Part shown: piece by piece, positions 62,640 to 64,000 of the stretch
Layout: the number at the start of each line of letters is the position of its first letter
How positions within the stretch are numbered: position 1 is the stretch's first letter
NCBI GenBank assembly: GCA_965235115.1
Contig: OZ249447.1
Span: 22,134,001-22,198,000 of the forward strand
DNA from: Laetmonice hystrix
Lineage: Eukaryota
Direction: 5' to 3'
DNA length: 64,000 nt
Translations under genes and position numbers: made by a program
The notes under the pieces: model-generated
Database searches by the model: none
The model's input: the letters and a program-made list of their open reading frames with translations, nothing else
What the model was told of the DNA's origin: nothing

Positions 62640-64000
62640 TTAGGAGACATTAAGCTGACCGGGTTAATGACCTTTAAATGAGGAGACGTTATCAGCTAGC
62701 CCCTGCCGGGGCCTCTACCCCACCACACCAGTGGTGTGTAATCAGTTGCTGGCGCGCAGCGCAGGAGTTTAGACTGGCTTTCGTCTTGCTCCATCCCGTA
62801 CTTTGAAAATGGCTGAATTTGACTTTGCTACGTGGTCTTCAGACAATGGTTTAAAAAGGAAGACAAAAGACGCTCTGACCAAACAGGACTTTACGGGCAA
62901 GAACGCTCTCCTACTTATGACGCCTGGAGATGTTGCGGCCCTGGACATCACGGGCGGTCAGGCCAGGGTGCTCCGTGAGGGGCTGAAACAACTTGGAAAC
63001 CCAGCTTTCCCTCAAACCGCTGCCGTGGCCACTCAAGCCACTGCCGTGGCCTCTCCAGCCAATGCCACTCAAGCCACTGCCGTCGTCCATCAGGTTGGAA
63101 ACCAGCCGGGTCCTTCACGGCCTGATACTTCTGTGGGCGCCGCCGATCATGACGAGGGATCACGTCCTCCCATGGATATCGGTGGACAGTCAGAGGAGGA
63201 ATTACGGAGGGCAGGTGAAATTCTCGACAGAATACTCAGGGAGCCGGGCACGGACCTGCCACCACGTGAGCGCCAGGAGGACGGTAGGGCCCGCCCCGTG
63301 ACGGACGGCGGTCATAGGCCTACTGTAGCTAGGGCCTCAGCCTCCGATAGCTACGACCCCCAGGCGGTCCTCACCATTAGGGCAACTTCACGCAAGGCTC
63401 TACACGCCAAGGACTTCGTCCCGGAGCAGGTGAAGCAGCGGCTTCTAAGAAAGAGGAGAGAGACGCTACGCTGGGTGGAGACCGATGATGGTGCGTTCAC
63501 CATCCAGGCGGACGACCAGGGTCTCGCCTACCTGACTCAGGCGGAATGGGGAGCGGCTAATATGCGGATAATGTCGCATCTCCTTGGTACAGGTGAACTG
63601 GAGAGGGGGCGTGTCGAGGATTACATGGCCTATACAGTTACAGTTCATGAACTGGCGTCCCGTTACGACTGGGCGTCGGTTCTGGACTACGACACCAGGT
63701 ACCGGGAACAGCAGGCGGAACACGGCCACCGCTGGGGTACCCCTGCGCGACACCTGGAGTCACTCCTCCTGATGCCCAAGCGCCGGGATCAGCAACCAAC
63801 GCAGGCGTCCCAGGGGCGCCAACACCAGCGCGGGAAACTAGGTGGCAGGGCTCCCAGGATCCCTAGCACCACGGGACAGCAACAGGGGCCCAATGGCCAA
63901 GCCGCGGCCGTGGAACCATGCCGCCAGTTCCTAACAAAAGGTGTGTGCTCCTTTGGTGAGAGGTGCCGCTTCAGTCACGTCAACCAGGCCTAGGAGACGT
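62640..64000 (+). mobile_element. 5' part of a probable DIRS-group retrotransposon, truncated by the window edge; left boundary uncertain
   Basis: Inferred from the gag-like ORF. RT/RNase H and tyrosine recombinase would lie beyond 64000 and cannot be seen. Confidence 0.55.
62803..63993 (+). CDS. Gag-like ORF1 (396 aa) of a probable DIRS/Ngaro-type tyrosine-recombinase retrotransposon, with SAM-like N-terminus and C-terminal CCCH zinc finger
   Basis: The only long non-repetitive ATG-initiated ORF, and GC-rich. C-terminal CRQFLTKGVCSFGERCRFSH fits C-x8-C-x5-C-x3-H. The central block EWGAANMRIM...YMAYT...YDWASVLDYDTRYREQQAEHGHRWG resembles ORF1 of invertebrate DIRS-like elements as I recall them. 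Residues ~6-64 have SAM-like hydrophobic spacing. Confidence 0.75.
   Translation: MKMAEFDFATWSSDNGLKRKTKDALTKQDFTGKNALLLMTPGDVAALDITGGQARVLREGLKQLGNPAFPQTAAVATQATAVASPANATQATAVVHQVGNQPGPSRPDTSVGAADHDEGSRPPMDIGGQSEEELRRAGEILDRILREPGTDLPPRERQEDGRARPVTDGGHRPTVARASASDSYDPQAVLTIRATSRKALHAKDFVPEQVKQRLLRKRRETLRWVETDDGAFTIQADDQGLAYLTQAEWGAANMRIMSHLLGTGELERGRVEDYMAYTVTVHELASRYDWASVLDYDTRYREQQAEHGHRWGTPARHLESLLLMPKRRDQQPTQASQGRQHQRGKLGGRAPRIPSTTGQQQGPNGQAAAVEPCRQFLTKGVCSFGERCRFSHVNQA

Overview
This is animal genomic DNA, most likely from an invertebrate, judged by a tRNA-derived SINE, spliceosomal signals and CTCF-like motifs. It comes from a draft assembly with two N gaps. The window is mostly non-coding and looks like intronic or intergenic sequence of a large locus. 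About 19 unrelated minisatellite arrays cover roughly 11 kb (~17%) and explain most long entries in the ORF track. Solid features are: an intact gag-like ORF1 (SAM-like N-terminus, YDxxYR motif, CCCH finger) of a probable DIRS/Ngaro-type retrotransposon cut by the right edge; a full-length SINE with a 12-bp target-site duplication; and two palindromic MITEs with TSDs. I could not identify a complete host gene, a tRNA/rRNA gene or a CRISPR array. The best second-look signals are candidate recursive-splice (AG|GTAAG) sites, four perfect CTCF cores in a polarised layout, a MITE carrying four CRE sites, and a minisatellite unit that resembles that MITE's termini. No database searches were run, so family assignments come from pattern recognition.
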